Shown: positions 36,957 through 47,622, counted from the first letter of the stretch. The stretch: 64,000 bases of DNA from Bacilli bacterium (GCA_041655735.1 JBBAEV010000001.1:2890-66889), one strand, 5' to 3'. The notes: generated by a model not told the origin, from the letters alone. A program made the numbers and translations.

Positions 36957-39149
36957 CTATATCTTAATAGGATTAATATCTATTTCAATTGATACCTTTC
37001 TATTATCTTTATAATGTTCTAAAATATCTTTTAATACTTTTTCTAGTTTTAAATCATTTCTATATTTTATTATACATTGAAATCGATAAATATGGTTAAT
37101 TTTATATAAATTTGAAGTAGATGGCCCTAATACAATAGAATCATCACTTAAATTATTTCTTAGATAATCGCCTATTTTCTTACTAGAATTTAATGCCTCT
37201 TCATAGTTCTTACTTAATATTCTAATAATAGTAAGAAAATAATATGGTGAATATTTCAATTTTTTTCTAATATACATTTCTTTTTCATAAAACCCAATAT
37301 AATTATTTTCTTTAGCCATTAAAATACTATAATGATCAGGATTAAAAGTTTGAATAATAACTTCTCCTTCTAAATCTCCTCTTCCTGCTCTTCCACTTAC
37401 TTGATTTAATAATTGAAAAGTTCTTTCTGCACTTCTAAAGTCAGGTATATTTAAACTAGTATCACCATTAAGCACTCCCACTAGTGTTACTTTAGGAAAA
37501 TCAAGACCCTTCGCAATCATTTGCGTTCCTAATAATATATTATATTTGCCTTCTTCAAAATCACTTAAAATGTTTTTATGAGATCCCTTTTTACTAGTAG
37601 TATCAACATCCATTCTTACTGGTTTAGAATAAGGAATTTGTTTTAATAGTTCCTCTTCTAATTTTTCTGTTCCAGAGCCAAAATCTTTTATATTTTTACT
37701 TTTACATCCTGGGCACATTTCTAATCTTTTTGTCCCATAACCACAATAATGGCATCTCATCATATTGCTTCTTTTATGAAATGTAAGCGTTATATCACAA
37801 TTAGGACATTTATGAGTATAACCACAATCTTTACATGTAATAAATGTAGTATATCCTCTTCTATTTAATAATAGAATTACTTGTTCATCCTTTTCTAATT
37901 TCTCTTTTATTTTATCTAATAAAAGATTAGAAAAGATACCTCTATTGCCACTCTTTATTTCTTCTTTCATATCAATTATAGACACTTTAGGTAAAGAATT
38001 AGAATTCACTCTATTAGGTAAGGAAAGCAACTTATATACCCCTTTTTTTGCTCTCGCATAACTTTCCAAAGATGGAGTAGCACTTCCTAATACTATTAGG
38101 CATTTATGATAGTGACTTCTCCATGAAGCAATATCTAAAACATGATATCTTGGATTATTTTCTTGTTTATAAGTTGATGAATGTTCTTCATCAATAATAA
38201 TTATTCCTATCTTTTTAAATGGCGCAAATATCGCACTTCTAGCCCCTACCACAATATCTACTTCATCTTTTTCAATTTTACGCCATTCATCATATTTTTC
38301 ACCATCTCTTAAATTACTATGGAGAATAGCTACTCTTTTACCAAATCTTCCCTTAAAACGATTAACCATTTGTGGAGTCAAACTAATTTCAGGTACTAAT
38401 ACAATAGCTTTCTCTTTATTTTTTATAACCTCATCTATTACCTGCATATATATTTCTGTTTTACCACTACCTGTTACTCCATATAATAAATAAGTTATAC
38501 TATTCTTTAAATTATTTTTTATTTCATTAAATACTTTAAGCTGATCTTTATTTAATATAAAAGAATTATATTCTTTTATATTTTCATTATCACCACGATA
38601 TACCTCTTTTTTTATTTCTTTTACTAATCCTTTAGTTAATAAGGTGTTTAAACTACTAATAGCTAATTCTCTTTTATTAATGACTTTATTAGTTATTAAT
38701 TTTCTTAATATTTGATTTTGTACTTCTCCTCTTCTATTGTTTTCAATATATTTTAAGATATATTCTATAGATTTATTTAAAGCTATATATTTTTCAATTT
38801 TAATACTTATTTTAGTATTCTTTTTAGCCTTTAATGCCGTAGGAAGCATTACTTGATAAGCATTTATTAAATAACATAATGTTTTATTACTGATATATTT
38901 ACCAAGCTCTAATAATTCTTTATTTAATACTGGTTTATTATCAATTACATCAATAATACTTTTTAATTCATAATCATATTCTTTTTTATTATTTATACCC
39001 AAAATAAAACCCTCTACTTTTTGTTTGCCAAAAGGTACTAATACTCTTTTACCTACCTCTATTTTATCTTTTAAATTATTTGGTACAAAATAAGTGAAAG
39101 TTTTATCAATTGTTTTTGTACCAAGTTCAACAAGTACTTCTACAAACAT
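36957..39149 (-). CDS. priA: primosomal protein N' (PriA helicase)
   Basis: DEAH-box helicase (GVTGSGKTE, DEEH). Cys4 zinc-binding insert (CKDCGYTHKCPNCD…CHYCG). Confidence 0.9.
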   Translation of the reverse strand: MFVEVLVELGTKTIDKTFTYFVPNNLKDKIEVGKRVLVPFGKQKVEGFILGINNKKEYDYELKSIIDVIDNKPVLNKELLELGKYISNKTLCYLINAYQVMLPTALKAKKNTKISIKIEKYIALNKSIEYILKYIENNRRGEVQNQILRKLITNKVINKRELAISSLNTLLTKGLVKEIKKEVYRGDNENIKEYNSFILNKDQLKVFNEIKNNLKNSITYLLYGVTGSGKTEIYMQVIDEVIKNKEKAIVLVPEISLTPQMVNRFKGRFGKRVAILHSNLRDGEKYDEWRKIEKDEVDIVVGARSAIFAPFKKIGIIIIDEEHSSTYKQENNPRYHVLDIASWRSHYHKCLIVLGSATPSLESYARAKKGVYKLLSLPNRVNSNSLPKVSIIDMKEEIKSGNRGIFSNLLLDKIKEKLEKDEQVILLLNRRGYTTFITCKDCGYTHKCPNCDITLTFHKRSNMMRCHYCGYGTKRLEMCPGCKSKNIKDFGSGTEKLEEELLKQIPYSKPVRMDVDTTSKKGSHKNILSDFEEGKYNILLGTQMIAKGLDFPKVTLVGVLNGDTSLNIPDFRSAERTFQLLNQVSGRAGRGDLEGEVIIQTFNPDHYSILMAKENNYIGFYEKEMYIRKKLKYSPYYFLTIIRILSKNYEEALNSSKKIGDYLRNNLSDDSIVLGPSTSNLYKINHIYRFQCIIKYRNDLKLEKVLKDILEHYKDNRKVSIEIDINPIKI

Positions 39150-39216
39150 AAGACCACCCTATCTAAAGTATAACATAAAAAAAGAAAAATTTTATTTCTC
39201 CTTTTTGTGAAAATTA

Positions 39217-39942
39217 TTAACCATATACATGTCCACTATAACAATTTCTATCACTAAAATTTTCTTCTTTTTCATTTATATAAAATATTGGAATAAGCCT
39301 TAATTTTTTAGAAGTTTCCACAATTGTATCAATTGATTTTGGAATTATATAAAAAATACTCTTGTCAAATTCATCATCTACCTCATACCTTAAAATTAGT
39401 CTATTCCCTTTAATTAACACATCGTTACTAATGATATAGTTTAATTTTGAATGGGATGAATATTTTGATTTTATAACTCTGTCTCTATCAAAATGTGATT
39501 TATCAGCAACGACTATACAAGCATCGATAGTGGTGTTTATTTCGCTATCACCTCCATGATTTTTTATAGCACTTAAAATAACACATTTATCTCCATAAGA
39601 TAAATTGAATTTATTTAGATACGACTCAGCTAAAAGAAACCCTGCATCAGCATGTCCTTTTTTACCATTAATCATACCAATATCATGAAGTAACCCTGCA
39701 ATATATCCTAATTTACATGTTTTTTCATCTGATTTTAAGTCCTTAAGTAATTTTTTTGTTCGTTCAGCAACAAAAACCGCATGATCTAAATCATGATTAA
39801 ACGCAATAGAGCCATTTGCTTCTGATGATTCTGCAAATTCTAAAGTTATTTTTTGTATCTTTCTCATATAATCTAAATATTCTTCATCTTGTAAAATAAA
39901 TTCTATAATATCATCTAAACTTTTTTGTTCCTTTTCTTCCAT
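39217..39942 (-). CDS. HD-domain phosphohydrolase
   Basis: H…HD…H…D metal-binding pattern (LLHDIGM…GHADAG). Confidence 0.6.
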   Translation of the reverse strand: MEEKEQKSLDDIIEFILQDEEYLDYMRKIQKITLEFAESSEANGSIAFNHDLDHAVFVAERTKKLLKDLKSDEKTCKLGYIAGLLHDIGMINGKKGHADAGFLLAESYLNKFNLSYGDKCVILSAIKNHGGDSEINTTIDACIVVADKSHFDRDRVIKSKYSSHSKLNYIISNDVLIKGNRLILRYEVDDEFDKSIFYIIPKSIDTIVETSKKLRLIPIFYINEKEENFSDRNCYSGHVYG

Positions 39943-40014
39943 ATTAATACACCCACTAATAACATAGTTATTATTATTATATCATAAAAAATTCTCTTTA
40001 AAAGAGAATTTTAC

Positions 40015-41058
40015 TTATCCAAATATTTTAGATATATCATTCCATGTTACTACTAGAAGTAATCCTATTAAAAGAACAAAACCAACTGCATGGATATAAT
40101 TTTCTACTTTAGAATTTACTGGTTTTCCTTTTATCTTTTCTATAATTAAAAATAGAAGTCTACCACCATCAAAAGCTGGTATTGGGAGTAGATTAATAAA
40201 ACCAATATTAATACTTAAAAAAGCTATTAAATAAAGTATGTTTTCGAATCCAGCCGCGGCACTTTCTCCAACTACATTATATATCCCAACAGGTCCACTT
40301 AACCTATTTAATCCCAAATCACCGGTTATTAAATTTTTTATTACTATAAACATAGTTTTAAATAATGAACCTGTTTTATTAACCGCATATTTTACTGCCG
40401 GGATTAACCCATATTTTTTTATGCTTTTAGGACTTATCCCAATTTTATAATAAGTTGTTTCATCTTCTGTTATTTTTTTAGGAATAATTTCATAAGATTC
40501 ATTTTTCCCATTTTCTTTCTCTACTTCTAATGATAACTTATCTCCTGGTTTATATAATTCTATATATAATAATAAATCATCCCAAGATTTAACTGATTTA
40601 TTATTAATTGAAATAATTGTATCTCCTTCTTCAATACCAGCCTCTACTGCCGGATATCCTTCCTCTAAACCACCTACTATTGGTTTATCAATAGGAGCTC
40701 CATAAAACAAACCTAAAACAAAAAGAAGTAGTATCGCAAAAATGAAGTTAAACATAACTCCCGCAATTACTGCCATAAATCTTTGACCCCAAGTTTTTGA
40801 TTGTAATCTTTTTTCCTTAGGAATATTTTCATCCTCTTCTACCTGTTCGCCAGCCATAGAAACAAATCCCCCTAAGGGAATTAATCTAATGGAATATGTT
40901 GTTTCATCATTTTTTCTCTTTTTAGTAAATATTCTAGGTCCCATTCCTATCGCAAATTCATAAACATATATACCTGCTTTTTTCGCAAATATATAATGAC
41001 CTAGTTCATGAATAAATATAGTAATACTTAGTATTAAGATAAAATATATTAAAGTCAT
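40015..41058 (-). CDS. rseP: RIP metalloprotease RseP (site-2 protease, PDZ domain)
   Basis: HELGH zinc motif in TM1. Internal PDZ domain. LDG motif. Confidence 0.85.
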   Translation of the reverse strand: MTLIYFILILSITIFIHELGHYIFAKKAGIYVYEFAIGMGPRIFTKKRKNDETTYSIRLIPLGGFVSMAGEQVEEDENIPKEKRLQSKTWGQRFMAVIAGVMFNFIFAILLLFVLGLFYGAPIDKPIVGGLEEGYPAVEAGIEEGDTIISINNKSVKSWDDLLLYIELYKPGDKLSLEVEKENGKNESYEIIPKKITEDETTYYKIGISPKSIKKYGLIPAVKYAVNKTGSLFKTMFIVIKNLITGDLGLNRLSGPVGIYNVVGESAAAGFENILYLIAFLSINIGFINLLPIPAFDGGRLLFLIIEKIKGKPVNSKVENYIHAVGFVLLIGLLLVVTWNDISKIFG

Positions 41059-41068
41059 AGTTGCCTCC

Positions 41069-41908
41069 TTATAAGATGCCTACAAATAAAACAAATGTTA
41101 ATAAAACAAAAATAATAGAATCTAGCCGGTCAAGAATACCACCATGACCTGGCATTATATTTGAAAAATCCTTTTTGCCATAGTATCTTTTTATAGCACT
41201 AAAGATAAGATCTCCCGTTTGTCCAATAATTGATAAGAATAAAACAATAAGTATTAATAACCATATAGCAACATCAGTAGATATCATTTCATAATAAAAT
41301 AAAGTACCCGCTAAAGTTCCTATTATTGAACCACCAATAATTCCTTCTATACTTTTATTAGGGGATGGAGATGCTAATAATCGATGTTTACCAATAAGCA
41401 TTCCAGTCGTATAAGCATATGTATCTGTTGTTAATGTTATGAAAAGCAAGAAAATAAGATAAGTTATATCATAGTCTCTTATTAAAATTAATAAATTAAA
41501 AGCCATACCTAAAAAGAAAATTATTCCAGTTAAAAATAATGCATCTTTTACATTATATTTTTTATCATTATGATAAAAAATAAGTGGCACTAATAACATT
41601 AATAAAATACTCGCTATTACTCTATAATCAATATTTAATATAAATATATTTGAGGTTGTATTAATAATATTATTTAAAAGAAAAAATAATAAACCTATAT
41701 AAGCAAACATCTGAACTAATATAGGGAACTTTTCTTTTTTATCAACCATATCTATTAATTCTTTCATCCCAAAAAAAGCTATTAATACTACTGTGAGATT
41801 ATATATATTGCCCCCTATTATTATTACAGGGATTATTATACCTAATGCAACTACAGCACTTATTATTCTTTGTTTTGTTTCATCCTTTGATTTCATTTTA
41901 TCCTCCAA
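41069..41908 (-). CDS. cdsA: phosphatidate cytidylyltransferase
   Basis: Polytopic protein with C-terminal CdsA signature (SxxKRxxGxKDxGxxxPGHGGxLDRxD). Confidence 0.85.
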   Translation of the reverse strand: MEDKMKSKDETKQRIISAVVALGIIIPVIIIGGNIYNLTVVLIAFFGMKELIDMVDKKEKFPILVQMFAYIGLLFFLLNNIINTTSNIFILNIDYRVIASILLMLLVPLIFYHNDKKYNVKDALFLTGIIFFLGMAFNLLILIRDYDITYLIFLLFITLTTDTYAYTTGMLIGKHRLLASPSPNKSIEGIIGGSIIGTLAGTLFYYEMISTDVAIWLLILIVLFLSIIGQTGDLIFSAIKRYYGKKDFSNIMPGHGGILDRLDSIIFVLLTFVLFVGIL

Positions 41909-41991
41909 CCTTCAGCAGCATATTATTACTATCATTATTATATTACACTAATTAAATTATTACAAATAAAAAGAGCTGTTTTATAATTCAT

Positions 41992-42420
41992 CTAAAACTT
42001 TTCTAATCTATCTATTGATAACTCAGAACTTAAAACATTTATTACACCATAATCATTACAATTCAATGTAACATAATAATCATATTTACGATATCCTCTA
42101 TATTTTATAATTACATAAGAATTAGTACCACTACAATCACCACTACCAAAAGGATCAGCAATCATCTCTAATAATTGTTCTTCAAATAATTGGTCTAAAG
42201 TTACCATTGAAGTCCCATCTACTTCTTGAGGTCTTCTACCTAGATATAACGTATAATAAGATTCTGCGCTTTTAGCCATTATTCTTGCATTATCTATTAA
42301 AGCTTCTTTCTTATTGTTTTGAATTAAATGAAGCACCTCAGGAATAGCAATTATAAATATTGCTCCCAATATAACAAAAACTGCTAATACCTCTATTAAA
42401 GTAAATCCTTTATAATTCAT
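41992..42420 (-). CDS. type IV pilin / ComGC-like pseudopilin (prepilin-type N-terminal cleavage/methylation domain)
   Basis: MNYKGFTLIEVLAVFVILGAIFIIAIP: class III signal peptide with G|FTLIE cleavage site. Confidence 0.7.
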   Translation of the reverse strand: MNYKGFTLIEVLAVFVILGAIFIIAIPEVLHLIQNNKKEALIDNARIMAKSAESYYTLYLGRRPQEVDGTSMVTLDQLFEEQLLEMIADPFGSGDCSGTNSYVIIKYRGYRKYDYYVTLNCNDYGVINVLSSELSIDRLEKF

Positions 42421-42504
42421 ATTATCACCTATATTCTATAAGATATTATACTAGAATAACTAATATTTATCAATTTATTAAGTAAAAAAGGAACTAAATA
42501 GTTC

Positions 42505-42750
42505 CTAAAACGAATCAATATTTATTCTTACTCTTTGATGATTAATATAACCACTAGCTTGAACTAAGGTTCTAATCGCATTAGCTATTTTGCCACCCTT
42601 GCCAATGACTTTACCCATATCATCAGCTGCAACCATTACCTGGATTAAAATAGTATTATCTTCATCAGTCTCAAACTTTTTTACTGAAACCGCTTCTGAA
42701 TCACTAACAAGTGCCATTACTAATTGCTTAGTTAATTCAACTAAATCCAT
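42505..42750 (-). CDS. khpA: KH-domain RNA-binding protein KhpA (YlqC)
   Basis: VIGKGGKIANAIRTL KH GXXG motif. Directly downstream of rpsP. Confidence 0.8.
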   Translation of the reverse strand: MDLVELTKQLVMALVSDSEAVSVKKFETDEDNTILIQVMVAADDMGKVIGKGGKIANAIRTLVQASGYINHQRVRINIDSF

Positions 42751-43025
42751 TATTTATCACCTTTTTTTAAATCGCTAAACTTTTTTATAATTCCTTCTTT
42801 ACTTAGTAAATCTCTAACTGTATCTGAAGGTTTTGCTCCTGTTTTTAGCCATTTTAATACTTTTTCTTCATCTATTTTTACTTCTGCAGGTTCTGTTAAT
42901 GGATTATATGTTCCTAATATTTCAATAAACCTTCCATCACGAGAACTTCTTGAATCAGCCGCAACTATACGATAAAAAGGTCTCTTTTTTGCACCCATTC
43001 TTTTTAAACGTAATTTAACTGCCAT
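42750..43025 (-). CDS. rpsP: 30S ribosomal protein S16
   Basis: [35 protein letters not shown] signature. Confidence 0.95.
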   Translation of the reverse strand: MAVKLRLKRMGAKKRPFYRIVAADSRSSRDGRFIEILGTYNPLTEPAEVKIDEEKVLKWLKTGAKPSDTVRDLLSKEGIIKKFSDLKKGDK

Positions 43026-43098
43026 TATTATTCCTCCTTATTGCAATTATTATACTATAGCAGAAAATAAGTGTCAACTTTTTTTGTTGACACTTATA

Positions 43099-43650
43099 TT
43101 ATATGAAATTTTCTTTAACAGTTTCATCTATTTCTTTTTCGACCTCGGGAGTTACTTCCTCTTCATCAATAATTTCTTCCCATTCTTCTTCGTCCTCTTC
43201 TATACTTATTTTAACTAAAGTTTCTCCAACAACCTCAATACCAAGTTCTTTTTCAATAGAAAACTTTATTGAACCTTTTTCAATTTCAACATCGCTGCAA
43301 TTTGGTTGTTTTAAAACTCTTACTATAACGTCCCGATCACTAGATAGGTCTGTTTTCTCTTTTAATTTAATATTTACTACTTCTTCATAATCAATTTTTT
43401 TCGTCACAACAGCTGTTTTACTATCATTATCATATGAATACCAAATATTAACATCATATGAACCATCTACTATTATTTTACTTCCTGTTTCCGACGCCTT
43501 AAATTTATGATTAATAACCCAACATCCTAAAACAGTTGTTGGTTCTAATTCTGTATCAATTGTATATACATTTTTAAAATATTTTTTCCCCTTACCAATA
43601 ACTGCTTTGGTCACGATTTCTTTAAAAGTTGCCACTTTATCCCTCCTCAC
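43099..43650 (-). CDS. cotE: spore coat morphogenetic protein CotE
   Basis: Clear colinear similarity to B. subtilis CotE (EIVTKAVIGKGKK; GCWVINHKF; YDVNIWYSYDNDSKTAVVTKKI; VRVLKQPNC; EVVGETLVK; acidic C-terminal tail). Same neighbourhood as in Bacillus (miaB/ymcB … cotE). Confidence 0.8.
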   Translation of the reverse strand: MRRDKVATFKEIVTKAVIGKGKKYFKNVYTIDTELEPTTVLGCWVINHKFKASETGSKIIVDGSYDVNIWYSYDNDSKTAVVTKKIDYEEVVNIKLKEKTDLSSDRDVIVRVLKQPNCSDVEIEKGSIKFSIEKELGIEVVGETLVKISIEEDEEEWEEIIDEEEVTPEVEKEIDETVKENFI

Positions 43651-43730
43651 TTTAATTTATGCATTAAATGAGTAAAATGTACCTAACAAAAAAGACTAAT
43701 TAAATTTTAGTCCTTTAAAATTAAATAAAA

Positions 43731-44000
43731 TTATTTTTCTTTATTTTTGCCTAGTGCCGTAAATAAGGATGATTTTTTAGCATCTATATTTGTTAATAGA
43801 GACTCCCTTAGTTTAGGAGTGCAATAAGTTAAAACAAATTCACCTTGTGTATCTAACATATTTTCTGCAATTTCCCCTAGTTCCTCCAAAACCGCTAAAG
43901 AACTTACCTCACCATTTTTATGAACTACTCCCATTAAATCAATTGTTCTACTATAATTTTCTACCATTTCATAATATATGATATCAAAATCATCTCTCAT
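43731..44000 (-). CDS. hypothetical protein (89 aa)
   Basis: ORF between the RNHCP gene and cotE. No motif recognised. Confidence 0.4.
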   Translation of the reverse strand: MRDDFDIIYYEMVENYSRTIDLMGVVHKNGEVSSLAVLEELGEIAENMLDTQGEFVLTYCTPKLRESLLTNIDAKKSSLFTALGKNKEK

Positions 44001-44105
44001 AATGAAACCTCAATATATATTTATGTAGTAATAATAATATCATAATAAAACAAGTAATTAAATTTTTTCATTCATACTAAAATAACCAATATTTGATTAG
44101 TCATT

Positions 44106-44396
44106 TCAATATAATGTGTTAGATATTCTTATTATTTCATCCATATTATCATCATTAGCCATCATATTTTTATGTATCTCTCCACACTTTTGACACTTAT
44201 AAATTATTTTATGAGTTTCTTTATATTTTTCAATACCAATTGGGATAAGCAGTCCCATACAATCATTACTTCTGTCCCCTGGGTTTATATCTACATGCTT
44301 AGAATATAAACAATTAGGACAATGATCTCTAGAAGTATAACCCAAAGGTTTTACTTCATAGTCACAATTATCACAAATAAAATGTTCATCAATCAT
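44106..44396 (-). CDS. RNHCP-domain zinc-ribbon protein (start likely the internal Met MIDEHF…)
   Basis: FICDNCDYEV…RDHCPNCLYSKHVD matches the RNHCP domain pattern. Second CxxC pair (CQKCGEIH). Confidence 0.55.
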   Translation of the reverse strand: MIDEHFICDNCDYEVKPLGYTSRDHCPNCLYSKHVDINPGDRSNDCMGLLIPIGIEKYKETHKIIYKCQKCGEIHKNMMANDDNMDEIIRISNTLY

Positions 44397-44397
44397 T

Positions 44398-45819
44398 TTA
44401 AATTTTTTCACATATACCATCCAAACTAAAACTTTTAGCATCCATTACTAATACTTTTACTATTTTACCAATTAAATCTTTATTACCTTTAAAATTAATT
44501 AACTTCATAGTATCAGTATACCCCATAAGCATTCCTTCTTTTTTACTAAAACCTTCTACCAATACTTTCGCTTTCTTATTAATATATTTTTTATTATTCT
44601 CTAATGAATATTTATTTACCATTTTATTGAGTCTTTGTAGTCTTTCTCTTTTTTCTTTTGTTGAAATATTATCTTCCATTTTAGATGCAGGAGTTCCTTC
44701 CCGAGGAGAATATATAAATGTAAATGCTCCGTCAAATTTACATTTATCTACAATTTCTACTGTTTCTAAAAAATCTTCTTCTGTTTCTCCTGGAAAACCT
44801 ACAATTATATCAGTGGTTATTGAAACGTTATCAATTTTTGATTTTAATTTATTGAATAACTCTAAATAATTTTCTTTTGTATATCTTCTTCCCATTAATT
44901 TTAATATCTTATTACTTCCAGATTGGATTGGGAGATGAACATAAGGCATAATATTTTCACTAGTTTTTATGACATCAATCATTTTGTCAGTAAAATCCCA
45001 GGGATGGCTTGTTATAAATCTAACTCTATCAATATCAGTCTTACTAACATCTTCTAGTAAATTAGCCAAGTTATAACTATCATATAAGTCTTTCCCATAA
45101 GCGTTAACATTTTGCCCTAACAAAGTTATTTCTTTATAACCTCTATCTTTTAAATCTTTTATTTCTTTAATAATATCCTCTTTTAATCTGCTTCTTTGTT
45201 TTCCTCTAGTATAAGGAACTATACAGTAAGTACAAAATTTATCACAACCATACATAATATTAACCCAAGCTTTAATTTTACTATCTCTATTATATGGTAT
45301 TCCCTCTATTACCTCTCCTTCTTTGCTGAAGACCTCTATTTCTGTTTTTTTATTATTAAAATATTCTTCAAGGATTAAAGGTAATCTATGAATATTATGT
45401 GTACCAAAAACAATATCAATATATTTTTTCTTATTTAATATTTCGTCCATTACTATTTTTTCTTGAGGCATACATCCAGCTACTCCAATAATAATATTGG
45501 GTCTATCTTGTTTTAAATGTTTAAGTCTCCCTAACATTCCAAATACCTTATTATGAGCATTTTCTCTTATCGCACATGTATTTAAAATAATTATATCAGA
45601 TTTTTCCATAATATTATTTTCCTTATATCCCATATCAGAAAGGATTGCTTTTATAGTTTCACTATCATGCTCATTCATTTGACAACCATATGTTAAAACA
45701 TAATATGTTTTATTTAAACCAATATTTTTCATACTATTAGGTATTATATATTCATTTCTTATTACAGGAATATTATTTTTAGTTCTTTTCTTTGCTTCTA
45801 ACATATTTGGCATATTCAT
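44398..45819 (-). CDS. miaB: tRNA-i6A37 methylthiotransferase MiaB (YmcB)
   Basis: MTTase N-domain Cys triad. Radical-SAM CxxxCxxC (CDKFCTYC). TRAM domain. Confidence 0.85.
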   Translation of the reverse strand: MNMPNMLEAKKRTKNNIPVIRNEYIIPNSMKNIGLNKTYYVLTYGCQMNEHDSETIKAILSDMGYKENNIMEKSDIIILNTCAIRENAHNKVFGMLGRLKHLKQDRPNIIIGVAGCMPQEKIVMDEILNKKKYIDIVFGTHNIHRLPLILEEYFNNKKTEIEVFSKEGEVIEGIPYNRDSKIKAWVNIMYGCDKFCTYCIVPYTRGKQRSRLKEDIIKEIKDLKDRGYKEITLLGQNVNAYGKDLYDSYNLANLLEDVSKTDIDRVRFITSHPWDFTDKMIDVIKTSENIMPYVHLPIQSGSNKILKLMGRRYTKENYLELFNKLKSKIDNVSITTDIIVGFPGETEEDFLETVEIVDKCKFDGAFTFIYSPREGTPASKMEDNISTKEKRERLQRLNKMVNKYSLENNKKYINKKAKVLVEGFSKKEGMLMGYTDTMKLINFKGNKDLIGKIVKVLVMDAKSFSLDGICEKI

Positions 45820-46335
45820 ATTTTCACTCCCAAAGTATTTATATTATAACAAAAAAAGAGAAAGATTTCATCTTTATCTTTACTATTTAAGAAGTAATAG
45901 TTGAGCACTTCCCATTTGTTTTCAGATACTTCTTGTTTTCTTTTAATGACTTTTTATCTTTGCCAACAACACTAGATATCCCATAATCTACAGATAGTTC
46001 ATATAAAATATTCTCATAGGCCTTATTAGATTATCAATTTTTGTTATTTCTATTCTACAAGCACTCGTGGCAAAAGACATTTCTAATTGAAATTCTTGCT
46101 CTTCTGTTTTTTCAACTGTTCTACTTTTTTTCTAATTGCTTCCTTTTGCACAATTTCTGTTTCCATTTTTTTTTTAAATCATATATTTTAAGTTCAGGTT
46201 CTTCAGCCAAATTTAAACGAAATTTCTTAATTTTCTATTATTTATAGACATAATACCATTCCTTTTAAATAAATTTCACTTTATGTATATGCATTAAAAT
46301 TTATATGCCAACCATTATTGGGAAATTTATACTTT

Positions 46336-47622
46336 TTAGTTACTTATTTCCCTTTTTCCACCCATATAAGGTCTTAATACTTCAGGAATAGTAATAGAGC
46401 CATCTTCGTTTTGATATTGCTCTACAATGGCTGGTATTAACCTACTAGTTGCAAGTCCACTAGCATTCAAAGTACATGCATATTGAAGTTTTCCTTCTTT
46501 ATCTCTATACTTTGTACTATTTCTTCGAGATTGGTAATCTCTGCTATTGCTTACACTACTTACTTCAATATATCTTTCAATACTTGGAATCCAAACTTCT
46601 ATATCATAAGTTCTACACATACTCTGAGCACAATCTCCAGCTGCCAATTTACTAAGTTGATAGTGTAACCCTAAACTTTGCACTAAAGTCTCAGCTTTAT
46701 CTAAAAGCTCATTAAATGCCTCTTTAACATTATCTTCTGCAACATACTGAACTATTTCAACCTTATTAAATTGATGTCCTCTTATAGTTCCTCTTTCGTC
46801 CGCTCTACTACTACCAGCTTCTCTTCTAAAACATTGTGTAAACGCAAAATACTTTTTAGGAAGATCATCAATATCCATTATTTCTCCGCTATGTAAATTT
46901 ACTAGCCCAGTTTCTGCTGTAGGAAGTAAAAACTTACCATCTTTATTGTTAAAACCATCTACCCAATAAACATCATCATTAAACTTAGGAAATTGACCTG
47001 CTCCAAACCCACAATCATAATTTAACATATAAGGAATCATCATAAATTGATAATTATTTCTCAAATGAAAATCAATAAAATAATTTATCAATGCCCATTC
47101 AAGTCTTGCTCCGATTCCTGTATAAATCCAGCTTCCAGTCCCCCCTAGTTTAACTCCTCTTTCATAATCAATTAATCCTAGTTTTCTACAAATTTCATCA
47201 TGACTTATAAGTTTAAAATTAAATTCAGGCTTTTCTAAGTATGTTTTGACAACCTCATTATTCTCCTTTCCTCCACCTAAAATGTCATCATCTGGAGTAT
47301 TGGGCAACCCTGATAAAAAATTAAATATCTTTTCTTCGAGAACACGATATTCTATCATACCATTATCAATTTCAGTACCTAAATCCTGCATATTTTTTAT
47401 TATCTCATCAGCGTTACCACCATTTTTTTTAATTTCAGGCACCGTATCACTAACCTTTTTTCTTTCATAACGCAGTTCATCCAATTTTGTTCCTAGTTTT
47501 CTTTTTTCCGTGTCTAATATTAGTAATTCATCCAAATTTGGATTATCCATTCTCTTTAATAATGCTTTTTCAACTTCTTCTTTATTATTTCTAATTCTAT
47601 TAATATCTATCATATTTATCAC
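46336..47622 (-). CDS. serS: seryl-tRNA synthetase
   Basis: N-terminal coiled-coil arm. Class II motifs (FRREAGS, GLATSR). Confidence 0.95.
   Translation of the reverse strand: MINMIDINRIRNNKEEVEKALLKRMDNPNLDELLILDTEKRKLGTKLDELRYERKKVSDTVPEIKKNGGNADEIIKNMQDLGTEIDNGMIEYRVLEEKIFNFLSGLPNTPDDDILGGGKENNEVVKTYLEKPEFNFKLISHDEICRKLGLIDYERGVKLGGTGSWIYTGIGARLEWALINYFIDFHLRNNYQFMMIPYMLNYDCGFGAGQFPKFNDDVYWVDGFNNKDGKFLLPTAETGLVNLHSGEIMDIDDLPKKYFAFTQCFRREAGSSRADERGTIRGHQFNKVEIVQYVAEDNVKEAFNELLDKAETLVQSLGLHYQLSKLAAGDCAQSMCRTYDIEVWIPSIERYIEVSSVSNSRDYQSRRNSTKYRDKEGKLQYACTLNASGLATSRLIPAIVEQYQNEDGSITIPEVLRPYMGGKREISN

Noticed and set aside
46041-46247. Plus-strand 68-aa ORF in the miaB-serS gap
   Set aside because: Phe/Leu-rich low-complexity frame with no RBS. 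The gap is better explained as a decayed minus-strand gene.
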